Positions 39,522 to 48,796 of a DNA stretch of 64,000 nucleotides are shown in pieces. The stretch lies in assembly GCA_009692945.1 (NCBI GenBank), contig SHYD01000001.1:11898-75897 (forward strand). Reading direction: 5' to 3'. The notes under the pieces were generated by a model. The model did not search any database. It worked only from the letters and a program-made list of their open reading frames with translations, and had not been told where the DNA came from. Within the stretch, counting starts at the first letter, position 1. Each line of letters starts with the position of its first letter. The position numbers and the translations under genes were made by a program. The DNA is from Dehalococcoidia bacterium. GTDB taxonomy: Bacteria > Chloroflexota > Dehalococcoidia > SHYD01.

Positions 39522-40462
39522 GAACCCGCCGCCTCCCTGGTGAACAACGGCCGGGGCGCCGCCACTCCCTCGACCAACCTGTGGCCCCGGCTGGCCACCG
39601 AAAACACCGCAACTGCGCTGCACCAGACCGCCGCCGCGCCCGCAACGTGGAGACCACGCAACACCGCCGGCAAGTCGGACGAGACCGCCGCCGCACCAAT
39701 CAGGAGCTGGGCGCCCAGTGTCACGCCCAGGGCCACCGATGCCTTGTCCAGACCGGGGTAACCGGCCCGCCGACGCCAGCCCGACACCAGCACCACAAAC
39801 AGTACCCCGGCCGTCGCGTAGGCCATGAACCGGTGGGCCAACTGTAGGTCGGTCAGCACGTTCCTGCCGAAGGGGGCCAGCTCCCCGTTGCACGCAGGAA
39901 AACCGATACAGGCCCAACTCGCGCCGCTGGCCCGCACCAACGCCCCGGTCATCGCCAGCACGAAAGCCAGCGCCATGGCAACGGCCGTCCAGCGGACGAA
40001 TCTGTCGCCATCATCTAAGTTGGGGGCACCAACAGCGAGGCGACCTGACGCGTGGACCGACATCCAAACCAGCAAACCGAGGATGGCCATGGCGAAGGCG
40101 AGGTGGACGAGCACCACGTAAGGCGGCAACTCCAGCAGAACGGTCACCGCGCCGAGAACGATCTGCCCGGCCAGCAACAACGGCGCCAGGATTCCCGGCG
40201 CCATCAGCCGGGGTTCGTTCCGGTGGCTGGCCACGGTCAGCGCCACCACTCCCACGATCAGCAGCGAGTCCGCCCCGGCAATGAACCGGTGGGAGAACTC
40301 GATGATCGCCGCGACGTCTGGGGGTGGGACGAACCCGCCGTGGCACAACGGCCAGTCAGGGCATCCCAGCCCCGACCCGGAGACACGGACCACGGCGCCC
40401 GCCACTATCAGCAGATAGGTGGTGGCAGCGGCAGCGGCGGTCAAGGCTTGATAGCGAGACAT
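39518..40462 (-). CDS. ctaA: Heme A synthase (COX15/CtaA)
   Basis: ..RVSGSGLGCPDWPLCHG..; ..LQLAHRFMAY... Multi-TM. The stop overlaps the ctaB start (ATGA). Probable start MSRYQALTAAAA. Confidence 0.85.
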   Translation of the reverse strand: MSRYQALTAAAAATTYLLIVAGAVVRVSGSGLGCPDWPLCHGGFVPPPDVAAIIEFSHRFIAGADSLLIVGVVALTVASHRNEPRLMAPGILAPLLLAGQIVLGAVTVLLELPPYVVLVHLAFAMAILGLLVWMSVHASGRLAVGAPNLDDGDRFVRWTAVAMALAFVLAMTGALVRASGASWACIGFPACNGELAPFGRNVLTDLQLAHRFMAYATAGVLFVVLVSGWRRRAGYPGLDKASVALGVTLGAQLLIGAAAVSSDLPAVLRGLHVAGAAAVWCSAVAVFSVASRGHRLVEGVAAPRPLFTREAAGS

Positions 40463-40542
40463 CGGGTGGGTTCGGACCTCGGAGCGGGCATTTGAGAAAT
40501 CCATCACAATTATAAGCCGCCTGCGCCGACCGTCAAGGAATA

Positions 40543-41169
40543 TCAGGAGCCGGCGCCGCCGGGGCTGGGTTCGGCAGACGCCGGGGGCGTTGCGAAGCCG
40601 ATGAATCGCTCGACGTAGCGGGCCACGATGTCGGTCTCGATGTTGACCCGATCGCCGGAGCGCCGTTCGCCCAGGTTCGTATGGAGCCGGGTGAAAGGGA
40701 TGAGGGTGACCCAGAACCGCTGGCCGTCACAACCCACCACGGTCAGGCTCGCTCCGTCGACGGCGATGAATCCCTTGCCAACGATGTAACGCATGAGGTC
40801 CGACGGCGGCCGGTAGTACACCATCAGCCCATCGGCACCGTCCGGCCGCAACTCCACTATTTCCGCGGTGCCTTCGATGTGGCCCTGCACGATATGCCCG
40901 CCGAGCCTCCCATCGACCGGCGCCGCCCTCTCCAGGTTCACCCGGCTGCCGGACGACAGGTCGCCGAGGTTGGTCCGGCGAAAGGTCTCAGAGACCACGT
41001 CGACCCAAAAAGCATCGGACTCCAGCGTGGTCACCGTGAGGCAGGCGCCGTTCACCAGGATGCTGTCGCCCAGTTTCGTGCCGCCGAGCACAGTGGCGGC
41101 CCCAATTGCCAACCTACCGCCGCTGAGGGACACCACCTGGCCCACTTCTTCGACAATACCGGTGAACAC
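40543..41169 (-). CDS. ribE: Riboflavin synthase alpha subunit
   Basis: MFTGIVEEVGQVVSL.. with the two lumazine-binding repeats (..NGACLTV.., ..DGASLTV..). Confidence 0.92.
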   Translation of the reverse strand: MFTGIVEEVGQVVSLSGGRLAIGAATVLGGTKLGDSILVNGACLTVTTLESDAFWVDVVSETFRRTNLGDLSSGSRVNLERAAPVDGRLGGHIVQGHIEGTAEIVELRPDGADGLMVYYRPPSDLMRYIVGKGFIAVDGASLTVVGCDGQRFWVTLIPFTRLHTNLGERRSGDRVNIETDIVARYVERFIGFATPPASAEPSPGGAGS

Positions 41170-42287
41170 TAGCCCCCCTCCGCCCGCGAACGATAACCCT
41201 GCACCAGCAGATCGGCCCCCAGCCGCCGGACCGAGGTGCGCTCTAGCCGAAACGCATCGTGCAGATGTTCGGGTCCGGAGCCGCCAACCGCGGGCCGCGC
41301 CCCGCCCCCGCCAATCACCACCGGCGCGATGAAGGCGAGCACTCTGTCCACCAAGCCGTCGTCAAAAAAGGAACCGAGCAGTGTGCCCCCCGCCTCCACC
41401 AACAGATTGATGCGACCCTGTTGCGCCAGCCACGCGAGCAGCAACTTCAGTGACACCCGTTCTCCTTCGCCTGGGAAGCGCAGGACACAAGCGCCGGCGG
41501 CCTCGATGCGCTGCAGCGCATCGTCGGAGGCCCCACTAGCTGTAGCCACCACGCAGTGACCGGGGCTCGTCAGCACCTTCGCGTCCGGCGGCGTACGTGC
41601 GTGACTATCCACAACGACCCTGAGTGGCTGACGCGTCGCTGTCCGCCCGCCGGGCCGGGCCGTCAACTCCGGGTCGTCCGTCAGTACCGTGCCGACACCG
41701 GTGATGATAGCATCGACGCCGGCTCTGATGCGGTGAGCGTAGGCACGGGCCACAGGACCGGTAATCCACTTCGAATCTCCCGAACGGGTCGCAATACGTC
41801 CGTCGAGACTGGCGGCAAACTTAACGGTCACGAATGGCTTGCCGGTCTGCACGAACCGGGCGTGGGCGTCGACCAAGGGTCCGGCCAGAGGCTGCCAGCG
41901 CGTGTCTTCGACCACACGGATCCCGGCGGTACGGAGCGCCGCAACCCCTCGGCCGGCCACCAAGGGATTCACGTCACGCAGCGCGAACCGGACTTCGGCG
42001 ACGCCCGCCCGGATGATCGCGTCGGTGCAGGGCAGCGTCCGCCCGGTGTGTGCGCATGGCTCCAGCGTCACGTGGAGGGTGGCGCCCCTGGCGGCTTCAC
42101 CGGCCTGGGCCAGGGCAACCACCTCAGCGTGAGGACCGCCCGGTGGCTGGGTGTACCCTTCGCCCACGGTCCGGCCTTCCCGGACGAGCACCGCACCCAC
42201 CGGCGGATTCGGACTGGTCGATCCGGCAGCAAGGGTCGCCAAGCGGAGGGCCCGGCGCATCGGTTCCATCAAAACTCCAAAAGGCAA
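41169..42287 (-). CDS. ribD: Bifunctional riboflavin biosynthesis deaminase/reductase
   Basis: CMP/dCMP deaminase zinc motif HAEVVAL..LEPCAHTGRTLPCTDAI. C-terminal RibD_C reductase domain. Probable start MEPMRRALRLA (42269). Confidence 0.9.
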   Translation of the reverse strand: MPFGVLMEPMRRALRLATLAAGSTSPNPPVGAVLVREGRTVGEGYTQPPGGPHAEVVALAQAGEAARGATLHVTLEPCAHTGRTLPCTDAIIRAGVAEVRFALRDVNPLVAGRGVAALRTAGIRVVEDTRWQPLAGPLVDAHARFVQTGKPFVTVKFAASLDGRIATRSGDSKWITGPVARAYAHRIRAGVDAIITGVGTVLTDDPELTARPGGRTATRQPLRVVVDSHARTPPDAKVLTSPGHCVVATASGASDDALQRIEAAGACVLRFPGEGERVSLKLLLAWLAQQGRINLLVEAGGTLLGSFFDDGLVDRVLAFIAPVVIGGGGARPAVGGSGPEHLHDAFRLERTSVRRLGADLLVQGYRSRAEGG

Positions 42288-42308
42288 GACTCCAAGAGGG
42301 GAACCGCG

Positions 42309-42887
42309 TTAGGGCTGTCGTTGCCGCTCGAAATCTACGAAATACCGGCTGGCGGTGGGTTCCCGCTGACCCTGGTAGCGGGAACCGGCCTCCTTGGACC
42401 CGTAGAGGCGCTCGGCAGGTTCAGTGAGTTGAAGGAAGGACAACTGCCCGATCTTCATCCCGAAGTACAGCGTGATCGGTAGGTTCGCCGCGTTGCTCAG
42501 TTCCAGCGTCAGGTGCCCCTGCCATCCCGGATCGACATACCCCGCGGTCGAATGGATCAGCAGACCCAGGCGCCCCAGCGAACTCTTTCCCTCCAACCGA
42601 CCGACCAGATCGTCAGGGAGGGTCACCGACTCTCTTGTGCTGCCCAACACGAACTCACTGGGATGGAGGATAAACGGGGTGTCGCCCTGAATCTCCACCA
42701 TTTCCATCAGGTCGCTCACGTCCTGCCGGACATCGATGTAGGAGCGGCGGTTGTTGCGGAACACGAGGAACTTGGCGTCGAGATGGACATCGACGCTGGC
42801 GGGTTGGATGTCGCCCTCGTCGAGCGGGTCGATAACCAAGCGGCCCGCGGCGAGTTGCTTCTTGATGCTGCGATCACTGAGAACCAT
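42309..42887 (-). CDS. dcd: dCTP deaminase
   Basis: [59 protein letters not shown].. dUTPase-like fold. 192 aa. The six-frame ORF extends to 43049 through repeat copy F; that extension is judged spurious. Confidence 0.88.
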   Translation of the reverse strand: MVLSDRSIKKQLAAGRLVIDPLDEGDIQPASVDVHLDAKFLVFRNNRRSYIDVRQDVSDLMEMVEIQGDTPFILHPSEFVLGSTRESVTLPDDLVGRLEGKSSLGRLGLLIHSTAGYVDPGWQGHLTLELSNAANLPITLYFGMKIGQLSFLQLTEPAERLYGSKEAGSRYQGQREPTASRYFVDFERQRQP

Positions 42888-42959
42888 ATGAGTAAACCCG
42901 TAGCGGGGGATGGCCGCATTGTAGCACCGGCCCGATCGGGGCAGCAAGGCGAAGGCAGC

Positions 42960-43270
42960 ACCGTGAGAATTCACTGTTGAGGGGGTGCATGGCTCAGGAG
43001 TGGGAGTGCACAGCAGCCCCTCTGCCGGGGGAGCGGGGGCGCCCCTCACAGAGAATTCTCCTCTTTTTTCCTGGGGTGGAGGGAGTGGCTCATATCCCCC
43101 GAACCCCCGACACTGCTGTGAAAAGGCGGTGGCTCACCAGGAACAGCATCTCCTCCAGGGGTGTCCAGCGGGTCTCCCGCTGGCGGGGAGTGTGAGGGGT
43201 GTACCCTCACACTCCATCTCTTTGTTTCTCCTCCGGCAGGGAGGGGGCCAAGGGGGGCGTCCCGTCCGCC
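42960..43270. repeat. Intergenic repeat, copy F
   Basis: GTGAGAATTCACTGTTGAGGGGG terminus; GGCTCAGGAGTGGGAGTGCACAGCAGCCCCTCTGCCGGGGG; GAGAATTCTCCTCTTTTTTCCTGGGGTGGAGGGAGTGGCTCATATCCCCCGAACCCCCGACACTG; a G8 run near 43275. The 3-prime boundary is uncertain. Confidence 0.75.
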
Positions 43271-43374
43271 ATGAGTGATCTGGGGGGGGTCGCCGTCCTC
43301 GCCTGTTGATGAACCGGTGGTGTCCCCATAGTCATGGGCGTCTGAATAGACACGCAGCCGCGGTCATGTTCGGC

Positions 43375-45882
43375 TCAGGCGGGCGCATCCCCGTCGACCG
43401 GTTGGGACGCCGGCGCCTCCGGATCGCCATGACCGTCTGCCTGGTTGAACATGCGGAGCCGCTCGGCATAGTCCCATAGCCGCTGCTGGACGAGGCCGTT
43501 GACCGAACCCTCGGGGTAAAGCCCGTCCGGCTGAAGCTCTCCGGCGGGGACGCCGGTGAGGAGTGCTATCCCCTCGTCGATGTGGCGCGCTGTGAAGATG
43601 TGGAACTGCCCCTTCGCCACCGCCTCAACGATGTCATCCCGCAGCATCAGGTGGGTGAGATTAGTGGCTGGGATCATCACTCCCTGGGTGCCGGTCAGCC
43701 CCTTGGCCTTGCAGACATCGAAGAACCCCTCGATCTTGTACTGGACCCCGCCCACCGCCTGGACCTCGCCCCGCTGGTTAACCGACCCGGTCACCGCAAT
43801 GTCCTGTCGCAGCGGCAGATCGCATAGGGCTGAGAGCAGGCAGTAGAGCTCCGTGCTGGAGGCGCTGTCGCCGTCGACCTCGTTGTACAACTGCTCGAAG
43901 GTCAGGCTGGCGTTCAGACTCAGCGGCCGGTCTTGGGCATAGCGATGGGCAAGGTAGCTGCTCAGGATCAGCACCCCCTTGCTATGTATCTTGCCGCTCA
44001 TTTCGATTTCGCGCTCGATGTTGAACACGCCGTTGGTCCCCAGCGAGACGGCGGCGGTGATTCGGGACGGCGCCCCGAAGATATAGTCGCCGCTATCCAG
44101 AACCGAAAGGCCGTTGATCTGCCCCACCGCCAGTCCCTCGGTCGAGACGTTGATCACACCTTCGTTGATGATTTCGTGGACCTTGTCCCGGTTCAGGCTG
44201 GAGCGGAACTCCTTCTCATGGAGCGCCTTATCCACGTGCTCCCCCATGACCAGAGTGTTCCCCGCCTTTTTGGCCCAGAAACTCGCCTCGGCCACCACGT
44301 CGGCAACATCGGAAAACCGGGTCGCCAATTTCCGCTGGTTCTCCAGCAACCGCGACCCGTATTCGATGACCTTGGCCACCCCGGACTTGTGGAAATGCAG
44401 CAGGCTGTCCTGCTCCACCCGGCATCGCACAAAACCGGCGTACACCCTCATCGTCTCCGGGGTCCGCTCCATTTCCACGTCGAAATCGGCCTTCACCTTA
44501 AACAGCTTCCGGAAGTCCTCGTCCTGATGAAACAGGATGTTGTAAATGAGAGGATTCCCCACCAGAATGACCTTCACTTCGAGGGGGATCGGCTCGGGCC
44601 GCAGCGTGACCATCGGAACCAGCGACATCGCCTCGCCGATGTTCTCGATGGTCGTTTCCCGGTTATCGATGGCCCGTTTCAACGCCTCCCACGAGAATGC
44701 GTTGATCAGGACATCCTTCGCCTCCAAAATCAGGAACCCGCCGTTGGCGCGGTGCAACGCCCCGGGCTTGATCATCCGGAAGTCGGTGCTCATGGTCCCG
44801 AACTGCGCCTGATAGTCGATGCGGCCCGCCAGGTTGTAATAGGTGGGATTGTGCTCGATCACCACCGGCGCACCACCGTTCGGTTCGTGGCTGACCAGCA
44901 GGTTAACGCGGTAGCGGAACGTAGGGTCTTGAGGCGGCCGGGGCGGCCCGCCAAACATCGCCTGGGCTTGGGCCTGCCCCGCAGCATCCGGCTGAGGGCG
45001 GAAGGCATCCAGATGCTCGACCATGTCCTCCTGGATCTGTTCCAGGAACGCCACCACGTCCGGGGTGTCTTCATAGGTCGCCGCTACCTGCTCCACCAGA
45101 TGCCCGATGGCAAACAACGCACTGTCCCGATCGAGTTTGCGAATCTCCTGGAGCGTGGTCTGTTCCGCATCCCGCACTGCCTTCATGAAAGCCAGAATAT
45201 GCTCTTGCAGTGACTCGCCCAGGTCCCGGATGCGGTCACGAGCCTCGTCGGCCAGGGCGGCGTACTCCTCCGGGGTCATTGGCCTGCCCTCCACCAGCGG
45301 TACGGTGGCCACACCGGACGGACTGAACTGGACCGACAGGCCTCGCTGCTTAGCTTTTTCGCTCAGCTCGCCGTACAACTGCTCCCGGCGCCGGTCCAAC
45401 TGCGTCATGGTCTGCTGCCGGCGCTGCTGGTAGGAGTCGCTGTCAAATGCCCGGGGTATCTCCCGGCGGCACTGGTCGACCAGCAGGTCGAGTTCCCTCC
45501 TGAGTTGGGCGCCCCGGCCCGGAGGCAGCTTGATGGCCCTGGGCCGGTAGGAGTCTTGAAAGTTGTGGACGTAGATCCAGTCGGACGGGGTGGGCATCGC
45601 TTTTGCCAGCCGTTCTACGTGGGACAGCACCGTGGTGGAGCGCCCGGTCCCCGGCACGCCAACCACGAAGAGGTTATACCCCTGGGTCCCGATCTCCAAC
45701 CCGAAGGTAACCGCATCCTGGGCCCGGTCCTGGCCGACTGTTCCCACCGCCGGCTCGACCTCCTGGGTCGACTCGAACCCCAATTCGTCCGGATTGCATA
45801 CGTAACGAAGCGCCTCGGCGGCGACCTCTTGGGCCTGGGATGCCATCGGAATCCTCCACTGTTGGTGGCGCAATCTTAGCAC
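43375..45882 (-). CDS. LonB-like ATP-dependent protease (AAA+ ATPase with C-terminal Lon S16 domain, COG1067-like)
   Basis: Walker A GVPGTGRSTT; Lon proteolytic domain with Ser in ..EVDGDSASSTELYCLLSAL.. and a downstream Lys. 835 aa (start possibly MASQAQ at 45846). No membrane anchor evident. Confidence 0.75.
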   Translation of the reverse strand: MLRLRHQQWRIPMASQAQEVAAEALRYVCNPDELGFESTQEVEPAVGTVGQDRAQDAVTFGLEIGTQGYNLFVVGVPGTGRSTTVLSHVERLAKAMPTPSDWIYVHNFQDSYRPRAIKLPPGRGAQLRRELDLLVDQCRREIPRAFDSDSYQQRRQQTMTQLDRRREQLYGELSEKAKQRGLSVQFSPSGVATVPLVEGRPMTPEEYAALADEARDRIRDLGESLQEHILAFMKAVRDAEQTTLQEIRKLDRDSALFAIGHLVEQVAATYEDTPDVVAFLEQIQEDMVEHLDAFRPQPDAAGQAQAQAMFGGPPRPPQDPTFRYRVNLLVSHEPNGGAPVVIEHNPTYYNLAGRIDYQAQFGTMSTDFRMIKPGALHRANGGFLILEAKDVLINAFSWEALKRAIDNRETTIENIGEAMSLVPMVTLRPEPIPLEVKVILVGNPLIYNILFHQDEDFRKLFKVKADFDVEMERTPETMRVYAGFVRCRVEQDSLLHFHKSGVAKVIEYGSRLLENQRKLATRFSDVADVVAEASFWAKKAGNTLVMGEHVDKALHEKEFRSSLNRDKVHEIINEGVINVSTEGLAVGQINGLSVLDSGDYIFGAPSRITAAVSLGTNGVFNIEREIEMSGKIHSKGVLILSSYLAHRYAQDRPLSLNASLTFEQLYNEVDGDSASSTELYCLLSALCDLPLRQDIAVTGSVNQRGEVQAVGGVQYKIEGFFDVCKAKGLTGTQGVMIPATNLTHLMLRDDIVEAVAKGQFHIFTARHIDEGIALLTGVPAGELQPDGLYPEGSVNGLVQQRLWDYAERLRMFNQADGHGDPEAPASQPVDGDAPA

Positions 45883-45891
45883 AGGGGCTGG

Positions 45892-46821
45892 CTACTTCCC
45901 CCTGGGTGCGCGCGCCTCAATCTGCAGGGTGTACCACCAGTAAAGCGCCGCGTAACCTCGCCAACCGGACCACGCTTCGGCCAGCGCCCGCACCTCCTGT
46001 TCAGTGGCACTGCGTCCCAGCCCATAATGCCGGCCGATGATCCGGCGCAGACCTCCGTCGCCGGCGGGGATGGTGTCCCGCCAGCCCAGCCCGCGCATCA
46101 CCACGTACTCAGCCGTCCATCGGCCCACGCCCATCAGTCCCATCAGGCGGGCCTCCGCCTCTTCGGGCGCCGTTTGGAGCATAGCCTCCAAGTCGAGGGC
46201 GCCCGCGGCCACCTGCCGGGCGAGACCGATGATGTAGCGGGATTTCTGACGGCTGAATTGCAGAGGCGCCAGATCTCCCTCGGTGAGGCCGGCGAGCCGC
46301 TCCGGTTCGGGGAACAGCGGGTGGGAATGCCCCGCCACCTCGAGCCGTTCGCCGTAGCGCTCGGTCAGCGCCCGCTTGCATTTCGCGGCGAAAGCGACCG
46401 TGATCTGCTGGCCGATGATGGCCCAGGTCAACGCCTCGAACACGGTCGGGAACAGCACCGGACGAAGGCCGAGGCAGCGTGCCATCACCGCTGAAAACAC
46501 CGGATCGGCCTCAGCGGCGGCCGCTAACCCCGCTACATCCGCGTCGAGGCAGAACATGCGCCGCGCCAGCGCCTCCGCCCGCTCGCCGTCTGAGGCCGAA
46601 AGCTGACTCCCGGTGACTTCCAGCAGCAGCTCACCGTGTCCGGCTGCCGGCGCCGCTTCGAGCTGTAGCAACACCGGGTTCCCGTCGAGCCGCACCGCAC
46701 GGCGGTAATGCCGTCCATCGACGGATTCCAGGACGGTCCCTGCCGACGACCCAAGATAGTCGAGCGTTTTGGCGAAGTCGAACGGGGGTGACGGCCTGAG
46801 CCACCGGACGATGGTCTGCAC
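45892..46821 (-). CDS. alkA: DNA-3-methyladenine glycosylase II-like (AlkA, HhH-GPD superfamily)
   Basis: AlkA_N-like N-terminus plus HhH-GPD core (..LMGLMGVGRWTAEYVVMRGLG..D...). 309 aa. Directly downstream of ogt. Confidence 0.7.
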   Translation of the reverse strand: MQTIVRWLRPSPPFDFAKTLDYLGSSAGTVLESVDGRHYRRAVRLDGNPVLLQLEAAPAAGHGELLLEVTGSQLSASDGERAEALARRMFCLDADVAGLAAAAEADPVFSAVMARCLGLRPVLFPTVFEALTWAIIGQQITVAFAAKCKRALTERYGERLEVAGHSHPLFPEPERLAGLTEGDLAPLQFSRQKSRYIIGLARQVAAGALDLEAMLQTAPEEAEARLMGLMGVGRWTAEYVVMRGLGWRDTIPAGDGGLRRIIGRHYGLGRSATEQEVRALAEAWSGWRGYAALYWWYTLQIEARAPRGK

Positions 46822-46824
46822 TCG

Positions 46825-47718
46825 TCAGGCCGGCCGGCACCGGCGGCAGGGTCGAAACCCGGCCGTCAGCGCGGCTTCTGTGCCGGTCAGATAGACCCGG
46901 TTCTCCTCTCTGATCCGGCGGGCGGAACTGCACACCGGAAGACAGAAGATGCGGGTGGTCCGGCTGGCGAGAAAGCGGAGTCCGCCCGCCGCCATCCGCT
47001 CCAAGAGGACAAGGTCCACCCCCTCCAGTTGCAGCAGTTCCCGTTTCTTGGCGGGCCCGCCGCAGCCGTATTCGCCGATACGGTAATCGGACCGAACCAC
47101 CCGGTGACACGGGATCAGGATGGGGATGGGGTTGTGCGCCATGGCCGTCCCCACCGCCCGCGCCGCCCGCGGCTGACCCACCGCCTGCGCCAGCCATTGG
47201 TAGGTGCGGACCTCGCCGCGCGGGATCTCCAACGCCTGCAGCAGCACCCGCTGCTGGAACGGCGGCACGCCACTGAGGTCGAGTTTGCCCCGGAACCGCC
47301 CGCTCTCGATGAACCGCTGCACCGCCCTGGCCAGCGCTGGGGTGGGCTGGGAACGCTTGGGCATGGACCCGAACCGGGCCATGCACTCCCGCGCGAACAG
47401 CGGTTCGTCCTGGGTGAGGTCGCTGTAGACGATTGCCCCATCCCGGACCGCGACGGACAGCGTGCCACCGGGGACCGCGGTGCTCCAATAAGTGGGCGCC
47501 TCGGGATCCGAGCGTGCGAGGTTACGTGCGGGGTGTTGGTGCATCAGCCGCTGCCGGAAGTCTGAGCGGACCCCTGGGTCCATCACCCCGTGCCCTGCAG
47601 TTGCCCGCAGTTGATGCGCCAGCGCTGCGAGTTCGGGCTGGTCACCGTCACCTCCTCCGGCGAATCCCAGCAGGGCGGGCTGACCCGTCAAGCCCGCGGC
47701 GCCCAAGCTGACCTTCAT
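46825..47718 (-). CDS. ogt: Methylated-DNA-protein-cysteine methyltransferase with C-terminal Ada-type zinc-binding domain
   Basis: MGMT active site ..IPILIPCHRVVRSDYRIGEYG... The C-terminus ..IFCLPVCSSARRIREENRVYLTGTEAALTAGFRPCRRCRP matches the Ada N-terminal Zn(Cys4) methylphosphotriester-repair domain, but here it sits at the C-terminus. Confidence 0.75.
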   Translation of the reverse strand: MKVSLGAAGLTGQPALLGFAGGGDGDQPELAALAHQLRATAGHGVMDPGVRSDFRQRLMHQHPARNLARSDPEAPTYWSTAVPGGTLSVAVRDGAIVYSDLTQDEPLFARECMARFGSMPKRSQPTPALARAVQRFIESGRFRGKLDLSGVPPFQQRVLLQALEIPRGEVRTYQWLAQAVGQPRAARAVGTAMAHNPIPILIPCHRVVRSDYRIGEYGCGGPAKKRELLQLEGVDLVLLERMAAGGLRFLASRTTRIFCLPVCSSARRIREENRVYLTGTEAALTAGFRPCRRCRPA

Positions 47719-48302
47719 GGGGACCTCCCTTCGCCCTCCGACGGATTTACTCTTGCCCGCAGCGCCACCAGCGACCGGTATACGAGCTGCTTGGTGGCCG
47801 TCTCACTGCGATTGATAATGCGGGAAACCTCCTGATTGCTCAGCCCCTGACCAAACCGAAGGGTAAGCACCCGCCGTTGATGGGGCGGCAGACGGTCCAC
47901 CTCCCGCCATAGTTCCGACCGCTCCTCCTCAGCCAGGAACTCGTCGAGCAGGTCCCCGGCCGGGTCCTCGGGTCCGTCCTGGCCCAGCGGGCTGAGACGC
48001 CGCCGCTCATTCCAACGGTCGTTAGCCAGGTTCACGGCTATCCGATACAGCCATGCGCCGAACGACGCGCCGGTGGACCGATAGCCCGGCAGCGCCTCCA
48101 TTGCGCGCTGGAAGCTCTGAGAGGTCAGGTCCTGCGCTTCCACATGGCTGCCGAAGCGGCGACATCCCAACCGGTAGATTCGGTCGACGTACCGGTCGTA
48201 CAGAACGCCGAACGCCTGGGGATCCGCTTTGGCCTGTTCCACCAGCGCCGCCTCGCCGGAAGGCTGTGGTTTCACCCTTTGTCCTTTCGAATGTGGTTCC
48301 AT
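47715..48302 (-). CDS. ECF-family RNA polymerase sigma factor (sigma-70 regions 2 and 4)
   Basis: MEPHSKGQRV..LVEQAKADPQAFGVLYDRYVDRIYRLGCRRFG.. (region 2). ..LPPHQRRVLTLRFGQGLSNQEVSRIINRSETATKQLVYRS.. (region 4). ATGA overlap with ogt. The six-frame ORF (to 48593) extends through repeat copy G; that extension is judged spurious. Confidence 0.8.
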   Translation of the reverse strand: MEPHSKGQRVKPQPSGEAALVEQAKADPQAFGVLYDRYVDRIYRLGCRRFGSHVEAQDLTSQSFQRAMEALPGYRSTGASFGAWLYRIAVNLANDRWNERRRLSPLGQDGPEDPAGDLLDEFLAEEERSELWREVDRLPPHQRRVLTLRFGQGLSNQEVSRIINRSETATKQLVYRSLVALRARVNPSEGEGRSP

Positions 48303-48336
48303 CAGAGTAACCGGGCGGGCGCTCAAAAGTAACACG

Positions 48337-48665
48337 CCGCTACGGAAGTAAGAGTTCACTGTTGAGGGGCGGCCGGGCTCAGGAGTGGGAGTGCACGAGG
48401 GCGGCAGCCCTCTGCCGGGGGCGTGGGGGCGCCCCCATAGGAGTGGGCAGGTTTCTCCTCGGACAACCTCGAAGGCTGTACTTCCCACCCACCCACCCAC
48501 CCATTTCGTTTGTGTGTGGGGACACCCCACACCCCGGCAGAAGGGGCGCGCCCCCCCTCTGAACACCCCGTCCTGAGGCCTCCATCCAGGCATAAACTCA
48601 ATCGGCGCCCGCTCCTATGGGGACACCCCCAAGCACCCCCGGCACAGGGCCGCCGCTCTGCACAC
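48337..48665. repeat. Intergenic repeat, copy G (long form)
   Basis: GTAAGAGTTCACTGTTGAGGGGCGG terminus; CGGGCTCAGGAGTGGGAGTGCACGAGGGCGGCAGCCCTCTGCCGGGGGCGTGGGGGCGCCCCCATAGGAGTGGGCA; (CCCA)5; GTGTGGGGACACCCCACACCCCGGCAGAAGGGGCGCGCCCCCCCTCTG; CCTATGGGGACACCCCCAAGCACCCCCGGCACAGGGCCG. Confidence 0.85.
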
Positions 48666-48699
48666 CCGCTCCCCGGATCTTCCCCGGATCGGGCGCTGA

Positions 48700-48728
48700 T
48701 TGACACGTCCTGGGTGCGATGCTAGTGT
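48700..48728 (+). promoter_or_regulatory. Putative sigma70 promoter for the chrB-domain gene (TTGACA-N17-TAGTGT)
   Basis: attgacacgtcctgggtgcgatgctagtgtg, about 70 nt upstream of the ATG at 48797. Confidence 0.45.
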
Positions 48729-48796
48729 GGGCCTCGCCTCGTCCGGTGTCAGACGAGGCGTCGCCACGAATGTTATGCCAACAAGGAGACCTCGCC

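Noticed and set aside
38668-39699. 343-aa minus-strand ORF overlapping ctaB/ctaA in another frame
   Set aside because: Alternative-frame artefact. ctaB and ctaA give proper multi-TM enzymes.
43375-45882. BREX or other defence system anchored by the Lon-like protease
   Set aside because: No PglX methyltransferase, PglZ, BrxC ATPase or other defence partners are present in the window. Its neighbours are housekeeping (dcd, ribDE, alkA).
46631-47488. 285-aa minus-strand ORF overlapping ogt in another frame
   Set aside because: Alternative-frame artefact, Arg/Gly/Pro-rich. The ogt frame has the PCHRV active site and an Ada zinc domain.
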